A stretch of 62,664 nucleotides of DNA, counting the filler, from Sphacelaria rigidula (Eukaryota): NCBI GenBank assembly GCA_964200075.2. It is 10 parts of 10 records of this genome, joined end to end, with 100 filler letters (N's around TTAATTAATTAA, not from the genome) between each part and the next. Parts side by side here need not be neighbours in the genome. Positions count along the whole stretch, not along the records: positions 31,385 to 37,560 come from CAXNAA020021723.1; positions 37,661 to 43,836 come from CAXNAA020021724.1; positions 43,937 to 50,112 come from CAXNAA020021725.1; 7 more parts are not named here. One strand, written 5' to 3'. How positions within the stretch are numbered: position 1 is the first letter of the stretch; every line of letters starts with the position of its first letter. Made by a program: the position numbers and the translations under genes. This document shows, piece after piece, positions 35,057-46,608 of the stretch. The notes beneath the pieces were generated by a model that ran no database searches, was not told the DNA's origin, and was given only the letters and a program-made list of their open reading frames with translations.

Positions 35057-37673
35057 GGTGCTTACTCACCCTTTTACGATGATCCACGGTGTACCTCTTT
35101 TTATCGCACTTTGAACCCCTTCCCTTCCTCGGGACGAGTCCGTGGTATCAAAAGGATCGACCCATCTCTCCCCGGCACACGCCTTGCATTTGGATCCCCC
35201 GCCGATTGGGTCGGCACCCCCGCACCGCGTCAATTCGACAACTTAAACCCAGCAATATGTGTTTTAGTCACTCACGCACTAGCACTCCCGCCGGTGGAAA
35301 TCAGATACTTCCGAAACACACCCAACGCATCCGAAATTTAACCCACGTTCCTCTCCACCCTAATGGTGACAGTCGCAGGCTCATAATCACTGGGAAGGCC
35401 ATGTCTAGAGTGTGGACTCCGTCAGACTACTCCTCCAGATGCTCGGGAGCTACCCGGGCGTACCTGACTCCCATGTGCAACCGAGATGGTAGTCCTCACA
35501 GCGGTACGATATGGCACTGTGACTACTGCCGAGATAGCCCGCCCCCGAACCGGCCAAAAAAGTGCACGAAGGCGACGATCTTTAATGTCGTTCAAGCTGG
35601 TTTCGTGCTGCACGACACGATTCATTTAGGCGTTACAGCTGATTTCGGACTGCTACACTCCTTTCATGTGGGCGAAATTGCTGCAAACGAGCCCAATAGT
35701 GGGATCGCAGCTCGTTTGTCGAACGGTCTCCGGTGCACTTTTTGTGGGGGAGGCCATCTCGGCATTAGTCCTATGCTGAGTCATCCCACGGTAGCAGGAC
35801 CATGCGCGGTACGGTCATCAGCGAGGTCTACGAGGAGGTGGACATAGCAGTGCTGGATAGGAACATGAGAGTAGTGCGCCGTACCTCCGTACCTCACCTC
35901 TCCGCTCCCATAGGGGCCATGGAGCCTAGTAGGAGCAGAGTGACCCATCGCAGCATTACACCACCACTGCGGCGGCTACTATCGTCGTATGATGTACTAA
36001 TGTTGTGCCATATCCAAACACTACGTGAGTCAGGCATATACCACGGTATTGAAGCTTAGCAACACCACGTTCCTTGTACAGGTTAATTCACTATACCGCC
36101 CCGCCCCGGGTGGACTAACTCATGATAATGGTGCGACTAAAACCGCTGAAGGCGATCGATTGAGGGTTCGAAACCCGGCAGGCGTATCTGAAAAAAAAAA
36201 TGTGATAATTATCTGATTTCCGCCGTAAAAAACGGGAGTACGTGAACAGCAAAAAAAACACTCCTTGACAAAGGTTGAGTCCCGCTACGAACGGAAAGGT
36301 TGACCTAATAATCCGAAATAGATACCGAAACATAAAAGCGGGGACTATACCAGGGGGAAACATGGGTTGACGCCCCGAGACAGCAGTACGGCATCGTCTC
36401 GAGAAAGGGGAGGAGTTGAACTTGTGACGAACAAGAAAAGGAAGGGGGGAAAACTGTACAGTAAAGCAATCCTCTGTTCGGAGGCAGTGAACTGGAAGAA
36501 AAAGCACAATTGGTTCATTTTCCGGAATGGGTGCGGAATGGGTACTTGACTGTATTCACCGCACGTAGCGAACGTCTACAGACAGTAATATCACGCGGGG
36601 CGATACACCCACCATGAATCAAGATTTTACCGAAGTCTACATGATAATCCCCGAAAAAAACAGCGCCTAAGGAACCTTCTTAACGAACGGGATCATCCCT
36701 TTTTCGAAAATCCCCTTTTTGGAAAACGACCAGTGATTGGTCACTGCAATACCACCCCCTCCAAAACAATCTCCTCAACGTGCACAGAAATCCCCTCTGG
36801 AGAGGAGATTTCAGGAAGTGCAAAAACACTTACTGAAATCCCCTTTTCAGAAGGGGATTTCCAGACACCTCGAAGGGGAACATACGTGTCCGGTTGACAG
36901 GGGCACATGCAAGGGCTCACCACACACCCCAACACAATCGGAGCTGAACCCGATGAACTTGGTGGCCAAACAAAACAAAAAAACACAGCTCGAGCCCTAG
37001 CTACTCATCAGCTGTGCACGTTGTGCGTGACCTTGCTCAAATCTGTTCAAAATTCATTGAGAAATGATGATTTGGGTGAGACGCGCGAGCAGCACACGCT
37101 TACACAACGGTCAGCAACGACACGTTTTCGGTTGTTTTCAACACTCATGCGGCCGCCATTCGTCCAATACAGAACGGATTTCTGTCAGACATAGACTGCC
37201 GTATGTAGATTAGCAAGGCCTAGCAGTGAAACTAACGCGCGTGAGTGGTGGGTGTCTGTGCGTGTTTTTCGGGGCTGGGTGTGTAGGTGCTGTGTTGCCT
37301 TGTTGTGTCTTGTCTGTGGCATTACACAGACCTTGGGCCTGCTGGGACCAACGACCACTTCCAGACCCGCCGCATTCGTCAACCTGCGTGTAGATCTGGG
37401 CTCCATTTTGTACAAAACTGCTTGTCGATAGGACTCGGGACTGATCATTATGGGGGCAAATCCCTGTCGAAAGGGGATTGTGAAAGAGGGGATAATCATC
37501 TTCGTTAAGAAGGGCCCTAACCCCGCCTCCCCTCCTGCCCCCCCCCCCCGGGCTGGCACANNNNNNNNNNNNNNNNNNNNNNNNNNNNNNNNNNNNNNNN
37601 NNNNTTAATTAATTAANNNNNNNNNNNNNNNNNNNNNNNNNNNNNNNNNNNNNNNNNNNNGAGAAGGAACGAA

Positions 37674-37744
37674 GCTCCGTAACGAAAGGGATGCGTGGTC
37701 AATGGTCAAACCGACTAAGGCGAGCAACAAATGAGTACGCTCCC
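37674..37744 (+). repeat. Monomer of the C-tract mini-element
   Basis: GCTCCGTAACGAAAGGGATGCGTGGTCAATGGTCAAACCGACTAAGGCGAGCAACAAATGAGTACGCTCCC. Confidence 0.85.
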
Positions 37745-37879
37745 TAGTACCGGTGACCAGTACAGCAGCGGGGCAAGAAGATGGAAAATACGATCGTGGG
37801 ACGCCTGGATGGTTTACTATAGTATGAAGATCGCTTTGCATAAACGTGGGGTACTTGTGTCAAAGGTGTTGAACTTGGC

Positions 37880-39301
37880 CCCAGGCTACGAGTCCGTGTT
37901 GGAGGCATTATTAAGCGTCGGTGAGCCAGCAAAAAAACTGGAAGGCACCGAACCCCCGACAAGTACGAGGATTGGGGTATCCCAGTACCTTGACTACCAT
38001 CCCACCAAAAATATTCAAACAAGCGAGCTGGAGATTCTATCGAGAGAGATCGAGAAAGAGACGGTAAGGAAGGGCGGATGGAGAAGTAAAGAGTGGACGG
38101 GCAAATTGCTAGTAGTGCTGGTATTCGGAGTCCGTAGCAATATGATGAAAATAGAGTTGAAAAAGAAACGCGATGGAGTTGGACTATACTGTTTGGCCAG
38201 AGGAAAAGTTGAAAGGAAGGAAGAACACTTCCTAGTCAGGCTAAAACAGAGCGCGAGCAAGGAGTGTCGGCAAGGGTTGCAAGGGTAGCATGGAGAGTAT
38301 GTGTAGCTAATGAAACAGAAAACTCAAGACGTAGTCCACGGGTCAACGGGAGGATAGAGAAGCAGGAACACGTGAGTGCCCGGAAGGGGAAGGGGAGGGG
38401 ACATAGCGGCCCGACGTAAATGGACAAAGAGTAAACCGGAAACGCGACGAATATAAAGGGAGAATAGAAATAAACACGATAGAGAGAGAACAGTAAATCA
38501 AAGGAGAGTGGATAACGATTCGGAAAGGAAGTTGAGAATAGGGTCGCGGAACGTGTGTGGATTCGCCACAGACGAGCGCAAAAGAATAAAGATAGCCCAA
38601 CAAGGAAGTAACCGCGACCAAGATATCGTGGGAATCCACGAGTCATGTGAGAAAGAGGGGGCGGATATAGGATGCAAAGTTGAAGAGGACGCATGGATGG
38701 GGGAAAAGCGGAAGGAACAGAAGCCCAAGAGCAGGGGAGCGGGGGCGGGGGGGGGAGGGGGGGGGCGTACTCATTGGTTGCTTGCCTTAGTCGTGTGACC
38801 ATTGACCACGCATCCCTTTCGAGACTGAGCGGGAAGGGTAGGATTCTGAGTCAAAGGATACCTGTGTGACATTATAGAAGTGATCTGAGACACAAGATTC
38901 GACGAGAGCAAACGAGTATGGATAAGGTACCAGGAGAGCGGGGAACGAGGGATTTTTTCGAAGGGAACATCTACATACCCCCAGAATCGAAGAGTGGGGC
39001 GAACGATACACAGCAGAGGTTTGGAGAGGCAGCAGCAGATGCACACAGTTATAAAAGGCAAGGAGAAGTAATGTTGGTGGGACATCTTAATGCAACGGTT
39101 GGAAAAGCAGGTCATCCGGATCATATAATTGGGCAATACGGGGAAGATAAGAAGAACACGAATGGGGTAGAAATGCTCAAGTTCCTTGAGAATAACGAGG
39201 TGAAGACGCTGAATGATACAGCACAAAAGCCAGAGGCGCAATGGACATGAGCTAGAAGCCGTAGAGGCGACAGAGAGCGCTCCGTCCTTCACCATGTATT
39301 G
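37880..39301 (+). mobile_element. Decayed LINE: probable ORF1 remnant plus AP-endonuclease (EEP) domain of ORF2
   Basis: Motifs in canonical order: LRIGSRNVCG (WNV), DIVGIHES (IQE), GxVGF, GNIYIPPE, VMLVGHLNATVG (GDFNA), NTNGVEMLKFLENN, TLND..QWT. Stops, frameshifts and two nested insertions. The ORF1 assignment (37880-38330) is positional only. Confidence 0.85.
38737..38830 (-). repeat. Mini-element monomer inserted into the LINE endonuclease
   Basis: Reverse complement of the 20-296 unit, splitting the KSRGA|GxVGF motif; GAGCGGG is present on both sides. Confidence 0.85.
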
Positions 39302-40284
39302 CACACCGTGGACAATACAATATGTAGTACGAGGTTCCCCTTCGGGAGGTTGGTGAGGGCCTCCCGGGGGTGACGCAAGTCGAAAATATATGGTCAAGGG
39401 AGGCTGCTGTATCATCTCAATTTACAGTATAGTGATTGTGGCTGTACAAAATATCGCATGTGTTATCGGATGTTGTCCGGAAATATGGCGAATCGGACGG
39501 AGGCCGACGGAGGCTGACGGCGGAACCGTCGGCGTAGGACATTTATGTGTGGTGCCAGAGTACGAAGTAGCTCTCGTGCCACAAAGACATGACAGAGGGA
39601 GGCACTCCCAAAAAATTAGAATGCATGGAACATTTTTGGCGTGTTCTTTGCACATCACTGTGGCTTCTACATCACCGGGCCTTTTTTCAAAAGAGGATGG
39701 TTGTTTTTGCGGCAAACTATTCCTGCGCTGCCGTCCTGTGTGCCTTCTTCAACTCGCCAACGGCCCATTGCACGGTCTTGTGTTTGCTGGTGACTAAGGC
39801 CAAGGCAACGTTCAATGGTTTTCAACTGCTTTGCTGTCATTTTCTCGTGACATTGGCGGCATAACCAGCGTGTTCGTGCTCACAAATGAACGAGAACGCG
39901 ATAAAGAGAAACACGGGGAAAAAATATCCCGCCAAGAGTAATCCTGTTTCAAGTTTTCCATGATCTTCAACAATTTTTTTTTGTGGTTCGGGTCCTTGTT
40001 TCAACTTTCCACGATCTTGAAAAGGCTTTTGTGGTTCGGGATCGACACCCCACGAAAAAGGGTCAGTTTGAGCGACTTTCCGTGGCCAGAACACTCGCCA
40101 CAGGTATCAGATGACACCCAAACCTGAACGGGAATGTACCGCTGACCCTTCTCGGTGCGCTGCAGAAGAAAGCGCGGGAAAAAATGCCTTGCCGCCAGAG
40201 AAAACTCAGCAAAAGTGATGAAAAGTGTGAAATGATACATGTACATATACGTTACCCGCTTAATATGTCGACGCGTCGGGTGCT

Positions 40285-41130
40285 CAATGTATATTGGGCG
40301 ACAAATATGATGACACGACCGAGATAGGGTCGATATATATCGTACCCTCAATATGTCAAGGTTCGCGACATGCAATATATATATCGACCGAACAATGTAT
40401 CACCACACGCGCCGCCTCACTATATTATGGCCGAGTAACATGTTGGTGCGGTAGGGCACTAATATATATTTGTCGAATAATATATTGGCTGCCACACGAA
40501 GTCAATATGTATCGATGACTCAATATACTCAACACCCGAAGCGCCAATATATTTTGCCACCCCAATATGTCGTGCGTCGATGCGTCCAGTATATATTGGG
40601 CGCACAATACACGAAGAAACGGACAGTCACAATTCATACATGGTATATATATTTATATATACTGATTTTCAACGTGTAGACTGGAAAGTGTATTGGAATT
40701 GTATGGTGGGCAGTTCTATGTTCGCGGGCGCCATCCGAAAATGTATCACCACATGCCGAAAACGCTCAATATATTCCTTCGCGAGGGTGTTCAATATATA
40801 TTGGCTGCACAATAGCTATGCGATGAGCGTGCGCAGTATATTTTGGGAAAACAATACTTTCGCCTGGTTTACGTTCAATATATATTATGGAACAATATGC
40901 CCCGCATCGCTTCCACTCAATATATATTGACACTTCGATACATACACGGCCGGCATGCACAGTATATATTGAGTGTTTCGTTCCAGGAGCAAATGCATGT
41001 CCAATACACAGTGCCATGCATTACTTCACGATCATGACACAAGAAATATATGTTGTCGCTCCAATGCCTCCGAGGACACCTCAACACAATATATATTCAA
41101 AGGACAACATATGCGCTGTCTCCAATACAA
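40285..41130 (+). repeat. ~42-bp-period bipartite repeat array with variable spacers (blocks 1-2)
   Basis: CAATATATATTG-N6-CAATATG-N17/18 units at 40285, 40331, 40373, 40418, 40460, 40503, 40545, 40587 and 40792, 40834, 40876, 40918, 40960, 41002, 41044, 41087. Confidence 0.85.
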
Positions 41131-41747
41131 AGTATTGGTACTGCATGGGAACATATTGTATTGCCCAGGGTATAAGCAACACAGCACCGGTGACCACAGG
41201 GGTACCGAATGACGCATATCGACCCGCGTTTTCTGTCGCCGTGATGTTTAGCCAAGATATGTTACATGCAGTGAAGGGGATGGGCGGCCCCGTACCGGTG
41301 GCCAAATAGGTATCAGAAGGCATATATACCGGGTCGCCTTCTTTGCCACTATAATTTCTTACCAGTATATATATATATATATATATATCAAACGAATTCG
41401 ACAACTCTTCGTAGCAGTGCACGCGAATTTCTGCGGCTCCCTTCGAAGCTTCTCCCAATCTGCACGGGCTCCGGCATCTACCGCGTCTGGATCTTTCCTA
41501 AGAGTCATCCTACGATAGAGGGGGGGGGTATTTGATTGCCCGAGAAAAGAGGCTCGAAAGCTTGTCAGACGACCTGCCACACTCGCGGTGCGCTTGTATT
41601 TGATTCAAAGCGGTGTCAATCGGTATGAATGAGCATTATTCATCTATAACAAGCTCCTTCGAGCAACCTTTGCTCTTTTCAACGACGATTTGACTCGGAA
41701 TTTCGTGCAAGAAGTGGCCGGCCAATACATTGACACCCACGCAGACC

Positions 41748-42060
41748 CAAATATATATATATATATATATTGACCGGTCAATATGTTCTCACCAATGCGA
41801 CCTTAATATATATATTGGTCGCGCAATATGCCGTCGCCCACGCTGCCCCAATATATATATTGATGGGACAATATGTGCTCAACCCCACGGTACCAATATA
41901 TATTGGGCGGGCAATATATATGCAGTCCCACGACATCAATATATATATTGGGCGCGCAATACCCGTACACCCCAAGTTTACCAATATATATTACGCCGGC
42001 AATATATCGCAAAATTCCAAGATGATCGACTAATATATATATATTGAAATATATATTGAA
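41748..42060 (+). repeat. Same array, block 3, abutting the right TIR
   Basis: Units at 41748, 41804, 41849, 41894, 41937, 41982 and 42031; the period is mostly 43 bp plus AT slippage. Confidence 0.85.
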
Positions 42061-42085
42061 TACATATTGTTTTGTCCAGGGTGTG

Positions 42086-42590
42086 ATATATTGGTAGAGC
42101 ATGGAAAAATCAAAGAAATGGAAGTACATGTACGCGCGGAGCGTGGGAACTAAACATCATTGTCTAATATGGACAGAAAGCCAACAGACAAGAGCTGAAA
42201 GACAGGCGGGGTAGGAACTTGTACGAATCGAGAATCGAAAAAATAGAAATGGAAGAAACAGCAAGAGTTCCAAGAAGAGATGGCCGAAAATGCAGTGAAA
42301 TTTTCTGTTGGAAAACGTGGGTACAGTTGATACCGAAATGGAAAGGGATCGAGCACGAGCGAAGACTATAGAAGAATGGGAGCAGTTGGTCAAAAACACA
42401 GCGAGTAAAGTCAAAGGGGAGAAATTGATCGTATGCAAAAGGGAAGCAAAATGGTGGGATGAGGAAGTAAAAGAGGTTATAAGAGAAAGAAGAGAGGCCC
42501 ACGCAAGATGCATATCGAGTAAAACTATGGTAGGAATGGAGGAGTATACTAAAGCTTAAAAGAAAGTAAAAATATATGGAAGATAACAGA
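42086..42590 (+). mobile_element. Continuation of the decayed LINE ORF2 (end of endonuclease and EN-RT linker)
   Basis: VGTKHHCLIW (SDH-like), then IEEWEQLVKNTASKV...KWWDEEVKEVIRERREA, typical of the LINE linker region. Confidence 0.8.
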
Positions 42591-43241
42591 TTCAATTTGA
42601 ACTCGGGGGATCTTATTCATCGTTGATTTTACCCGACATGACATATGTATCCATCCAGGTGCCAGACCACAAGAGCCTGCCACAGGCCAGTTGGGGGGGG
42701 GGGGGGGGGGGGAGAGAAGCCACACACACGAGGGGAGAGGTTCGGGGGGCTGGGAAGAAAAACGACTAGAGGATGGNNNNNNNNNGGGGGGGGGGGGGGG
42801 GGGGGGGGTATGAGACATCAAACACTTGTGGAGACCTTCTTGACATGCGGAGTGAAAAACGATACCTATGGTAGTGATCTAACTGTTGCGAGCGTGGTGC
42901 AGAGGGGTGCGTTCGTGTTGCAATCTGGAGCACGCGCTGGCTGCGTGAACACCTCGGTACGGTAGCTTTCAAGAAATAATTATGATATGACGAGGTCACG
43001 CGTTACCACCTGAGGCGACATATGAACCCATGAAGAACAAGGGTGCTCTATGATCAACCACTTGTCGTTGCATTTGACACCCACGCCATCAAGCGCCAAC
43101 CTCAAACGCCTTGTGGCTTTCGAGCAACGCTGGCGGCAGTACGGCAAGCAAACCCGATCATAGCTAGCTTTCGCCGCTGCACTGGACTGACTGGCGTCTG
43201 CATGGAGGTCGCCCAGCGTATTTCGCAATCTCTGTCAGAAG

Positions 43242-43643
43242 AAAACAGTTCGCTTTTTTCAGCTACACAACCATGATTAAAATGACCCTTGTGGTCTGAA
43301 GGAAAGTGGCCGCTTTGGGTCCGTCTACACGTTCGAAGATCCTGTGAAACAGCAATAACAAACTTTCCTGAGATGCGAATACCGCAATAAGTACAGAACG
43401 GAATAGAAAATGACGGTTGAACGTTCTTATTAGAAAGCAACGGGCACCAAACGGTATGCAGCTTGGAAAACGGGGAATTTCATAGAGGAGAAGCGATCTA
43501 TTTCCCCGCGAGTGGTACATGCGCTTGAAAAATCTCTGCCGGCCTCCTGGTTTACCTGGCGGGAGGACAGGGAACACGCAGTTCCTCAGACCGCTGGAGT
43601 CATTTTAATCATGGTTGTGTAGCTGAAAAAAGCGAACTGTTTT
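43242..43643. mobile_element. 402-bp element bounded by perfect 45-bp inverted repeats (MITE-like)
   Basis: AAAACAGTTCGCTTTTTTCAGCTACACAACCATGATTAAAATGAC at 43242-43286; exact reverse complement at 43599-43643. No TSD seen. Confidence 0.75.
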
Positions 43644-46491
43644 TGCAGTTGCTTTCGAATTTTGTCACATTATGCACTCCCGCCCCTCCCCCCCCCCGAC
43701 TTGGGGGGGGGGTATGGGGGGGTAGAGAAAACCTCATGAATCACCCGTTCGAAAACAATTTGACTCCCCACGTATCCGACCGTTGGCTCCCACCTGGAGA
43801 TTGCACTGAGCGCAATCGCACCAGCCTCACATCAACNNNNNNNNNNNNNNNNNNNNNNNNNNNNNNNNNNNNNNNNNNNNTTAATTAATTAANNNNNNNN
43901 NNNNNNNNNNNNNNNNNNNNNNNNNNNNNNNNNNNNAGGGTTTCCATTCCACGCTTTGGAAGTTTCTTGTTCCGGAGGACGAACCACGGCGTGGCTCGGC
44001 TACTCACCGGCGTGTATTTGTCCAAGCTACAATTGTACCGGTTGGTTTTGCCTAAGACGTTACGGTGATCGACAAAATCGCAAAAAAAAAAACATGTTTT
44101 TTTCACTTAATTCGTCATAAAACTCGGATCCTGGTGAAATAAAAAAATTCAACCGGTACAATGGTAGCTGTCGTCTTGGCGCAGATGATGCAAAAAATCG
44201 CATGCCAATCGATGGCCGTGGCGATGAGTATTCTCTGAGACAGGTTGGGCTGTAATCGCAAACACGCACCTCCAACCGTCGCCGGTCTCCACAAAACGCG
44301 AAAACCTCACCCCTGTCTAATGGCCTCAGAATAGATGACATCCATGAATGACTCTTGACAGAGCAGATGGTTGATACATCGGATATGTGGAATGTTGTAG
44401 AATTTGAACTTTCGATCGAGCCCCCAGCAAGAATCGTCTTCGCGACCTCGCAGCACCGAAGAGAATAAATTATAACACTGGCCCTAACGAAGGCATACCG
44501 AGAACCATCGGGGAAGGCGGGTGCAACGTGTTTCGTAGGCGAAGGGTGCGTTGCCAGACCTCAAATCGGCGCCTGGGGCGCCGATTTAGACAAGAACGCG
44601 TTCTGAACGCTGGGAGAATGCTAGGAGCACGGCCCCCGTGAAAGATCCGGATTTCGATTTTCAGACCAAGATCAAGATTGACCAACTCACGCTCCCCAAT
44701 GGGAAAGTATACTGCGCCAAGACGACACAACAGACAGCATAAAGTCGTCGGCCCACTTTCGCTGAAGCCACATGGCACCGAAGCCCCAATCATGTCTTTC
44801 AGTGGACCCACCCGTTTTAAGACACGCATCTGTTGCATCGGCAATGGTGGGTGACGGACGACCGTTTGTTTTCATTCTCTCTTGCCCAACAATACCTTTG
44901 GAGTCCGATGAAACACTAGACCGCGAGGGTAATCCATCTGGACCATGCATACTCTTTTCAAGTGAAAAATGATGCCGATTCAGCATGTGACCTACCGTCA
45001 CGGTCAAAGGGTTATTTGGTATCATATTCATGAAATGACAAGCCATGCCCACGGAACAACAGATAAACTTGCGCAAGGCGAGTCGTGCATCCGACAAAAG
45101 CTGTGGAATGATGGCAGCCGATAAATCAAGTTCCTCAAAACATGACGAGGTTGTGGACCAACACCCGCCCAGCCCACATTACACACTCGGTGACTAATTA
45201 TACTCCGCTCGTCTGTGCAAGGGCCGTCCCCGTTGAAGTTCATCAGTACATATGGCTCATTTTGGTCCACTTTTGATCCGCACCCCCCAAAAAAAATGGT
45301 TCAGCTTGCTGGTTTCAGTTACCGACGTTGGGCTACAAATGTTCATGGTTGATATATTTACTTGATTTGAGTGTTACAACGAGAATCGGAATTGAGTAGC
45401 GCTGACGGTCCCGTGTGCTCCTCGGGTGCGCACAACGCGTTTTCGTCGAAATCGGCGCCACAGAAGCCGATTTGAGGTCTACCAAGGCCTCACTTTCTTC
45501 AGGGAATGTATGTACCGCCCTTGCCCGAGTGTTCTCGGTGTCCGTTCGGTTGGTTCAACCCAATCAGCCTCCTTGCATGCCGGGGTATCGCGAGCGCGGA
45601 CGAAAGGCGACGCAGTGGTATGTAATATATGAGGAACAACGAAAATAACAGTAGGGTTCTGATTTTTTATGGCAGTCCACATTTTTTCTATATGAATTTA
45701 GGATCCATGCCGTTCTCTTCGGATGACGTAAGGCGCATTTTACTCCACGAGCCTGGATAAGCCCCAGAAGTCGGTCTGTTCGTGCTTTCGGTCGGTGACA
45801 CTTTTTTTTGCCCATTTTGGGGGGTCAGGCGCGCCCATATACAGCAATGCCTATCCGAGTTTGCTGAGAATTTTTCTCGCCCCGCAGATTGTAGAATTCG
45901 TTGTTGGTGCTCACTTTTTCCCTTGTACCGCGTGGGTTTCCAACACCGCAACCCACGTCATCACCGGAGATCGGTACCGAAGATATCATCCAGGAATTGG
46001 TGGTATTTAGCGTTCGGGTTATTTACATCATACCCTCTGGTAGACACGGGGATAATCGTACTATACCTGCATGGGTACGGAGAGGGGGACGGACTTGGGA
46101 TCTCCCCGAAGAGCTAACGCCTCGACTGCTGGACCTCCGCCACCGCCCACCCGCAGCCCGAGTAATCTCGCCGCCTGTACCATCCGGTGCCGAGCGCGTG
46201 CATACGTACATCCGCGCGAAGTATTGATTGGGGGAAAGTGTCAAGCTCTGGAGACGACGCTACATACTTACTTGTTCACGAGGCGGGAGCGCGGGTACCC
46301 GGTCTGCCCACAATCAGAATACGTGTCATACTCCAAGATGATAATCCAGTATCATACTTCAAAGCCACATTGCAGTGTCATACTCCAGTGCCATACTCCA
46401 GTGTGTGTGTTGGTAAGCGGGTTTGCCCTAGATTAGGCGCCAGAATCCAAAATCCAAATGGTTGACACATACCTCGGTTTCGCCAAAGTTT

Positions 46492-46608
46492 CACACCCTC
46501 GGCAATATATGTATGTATATATATATTGCCAGTGTTGCATTAAACAGCAGATTGGACACTATACGCAGTATACTTTTGGCCAATGTCGTCCCCAACGTCC
46601 AGGGTGTG
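46492..46608. mobile_element. 117-bp miniature relative of the 39302-42085 TIR element
   Basis: Starts CACACCCTCGGCAATATATG, ends GTCCAGGGTGTG; internal TATATATATTG and CAGTATACTTTTG motifs. Flanks match only 5/8. Confidence 0.55.

Larger units (their letters stand above)
39302..42085. mobile_element. 2784-bp TIR DNA transposon (non-autonomous or decayed) nested in the LINE
   Basis: TIRs CACACCGTGGACAATACAATATGTA versus reverse complement CACACCCTGGACAAAACAATATGTA (23/25). Flanks ATGTATTG and ATATATTG (7/8). Removing the element plus one TSD rejoins the LINE as SVLHHVLVEHG (decayed LDYI motif). Confidence 0.9.

Noticed and set aside
40285..42060. Calling the 42-bp array a CRISPR array
   Set aside because: Eukaryotic context, no cas genes, a degenerate repeat split by a variable 6-mer, and spacers of only 17-18 nt. 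Kept as a finding, not as CRISPR.
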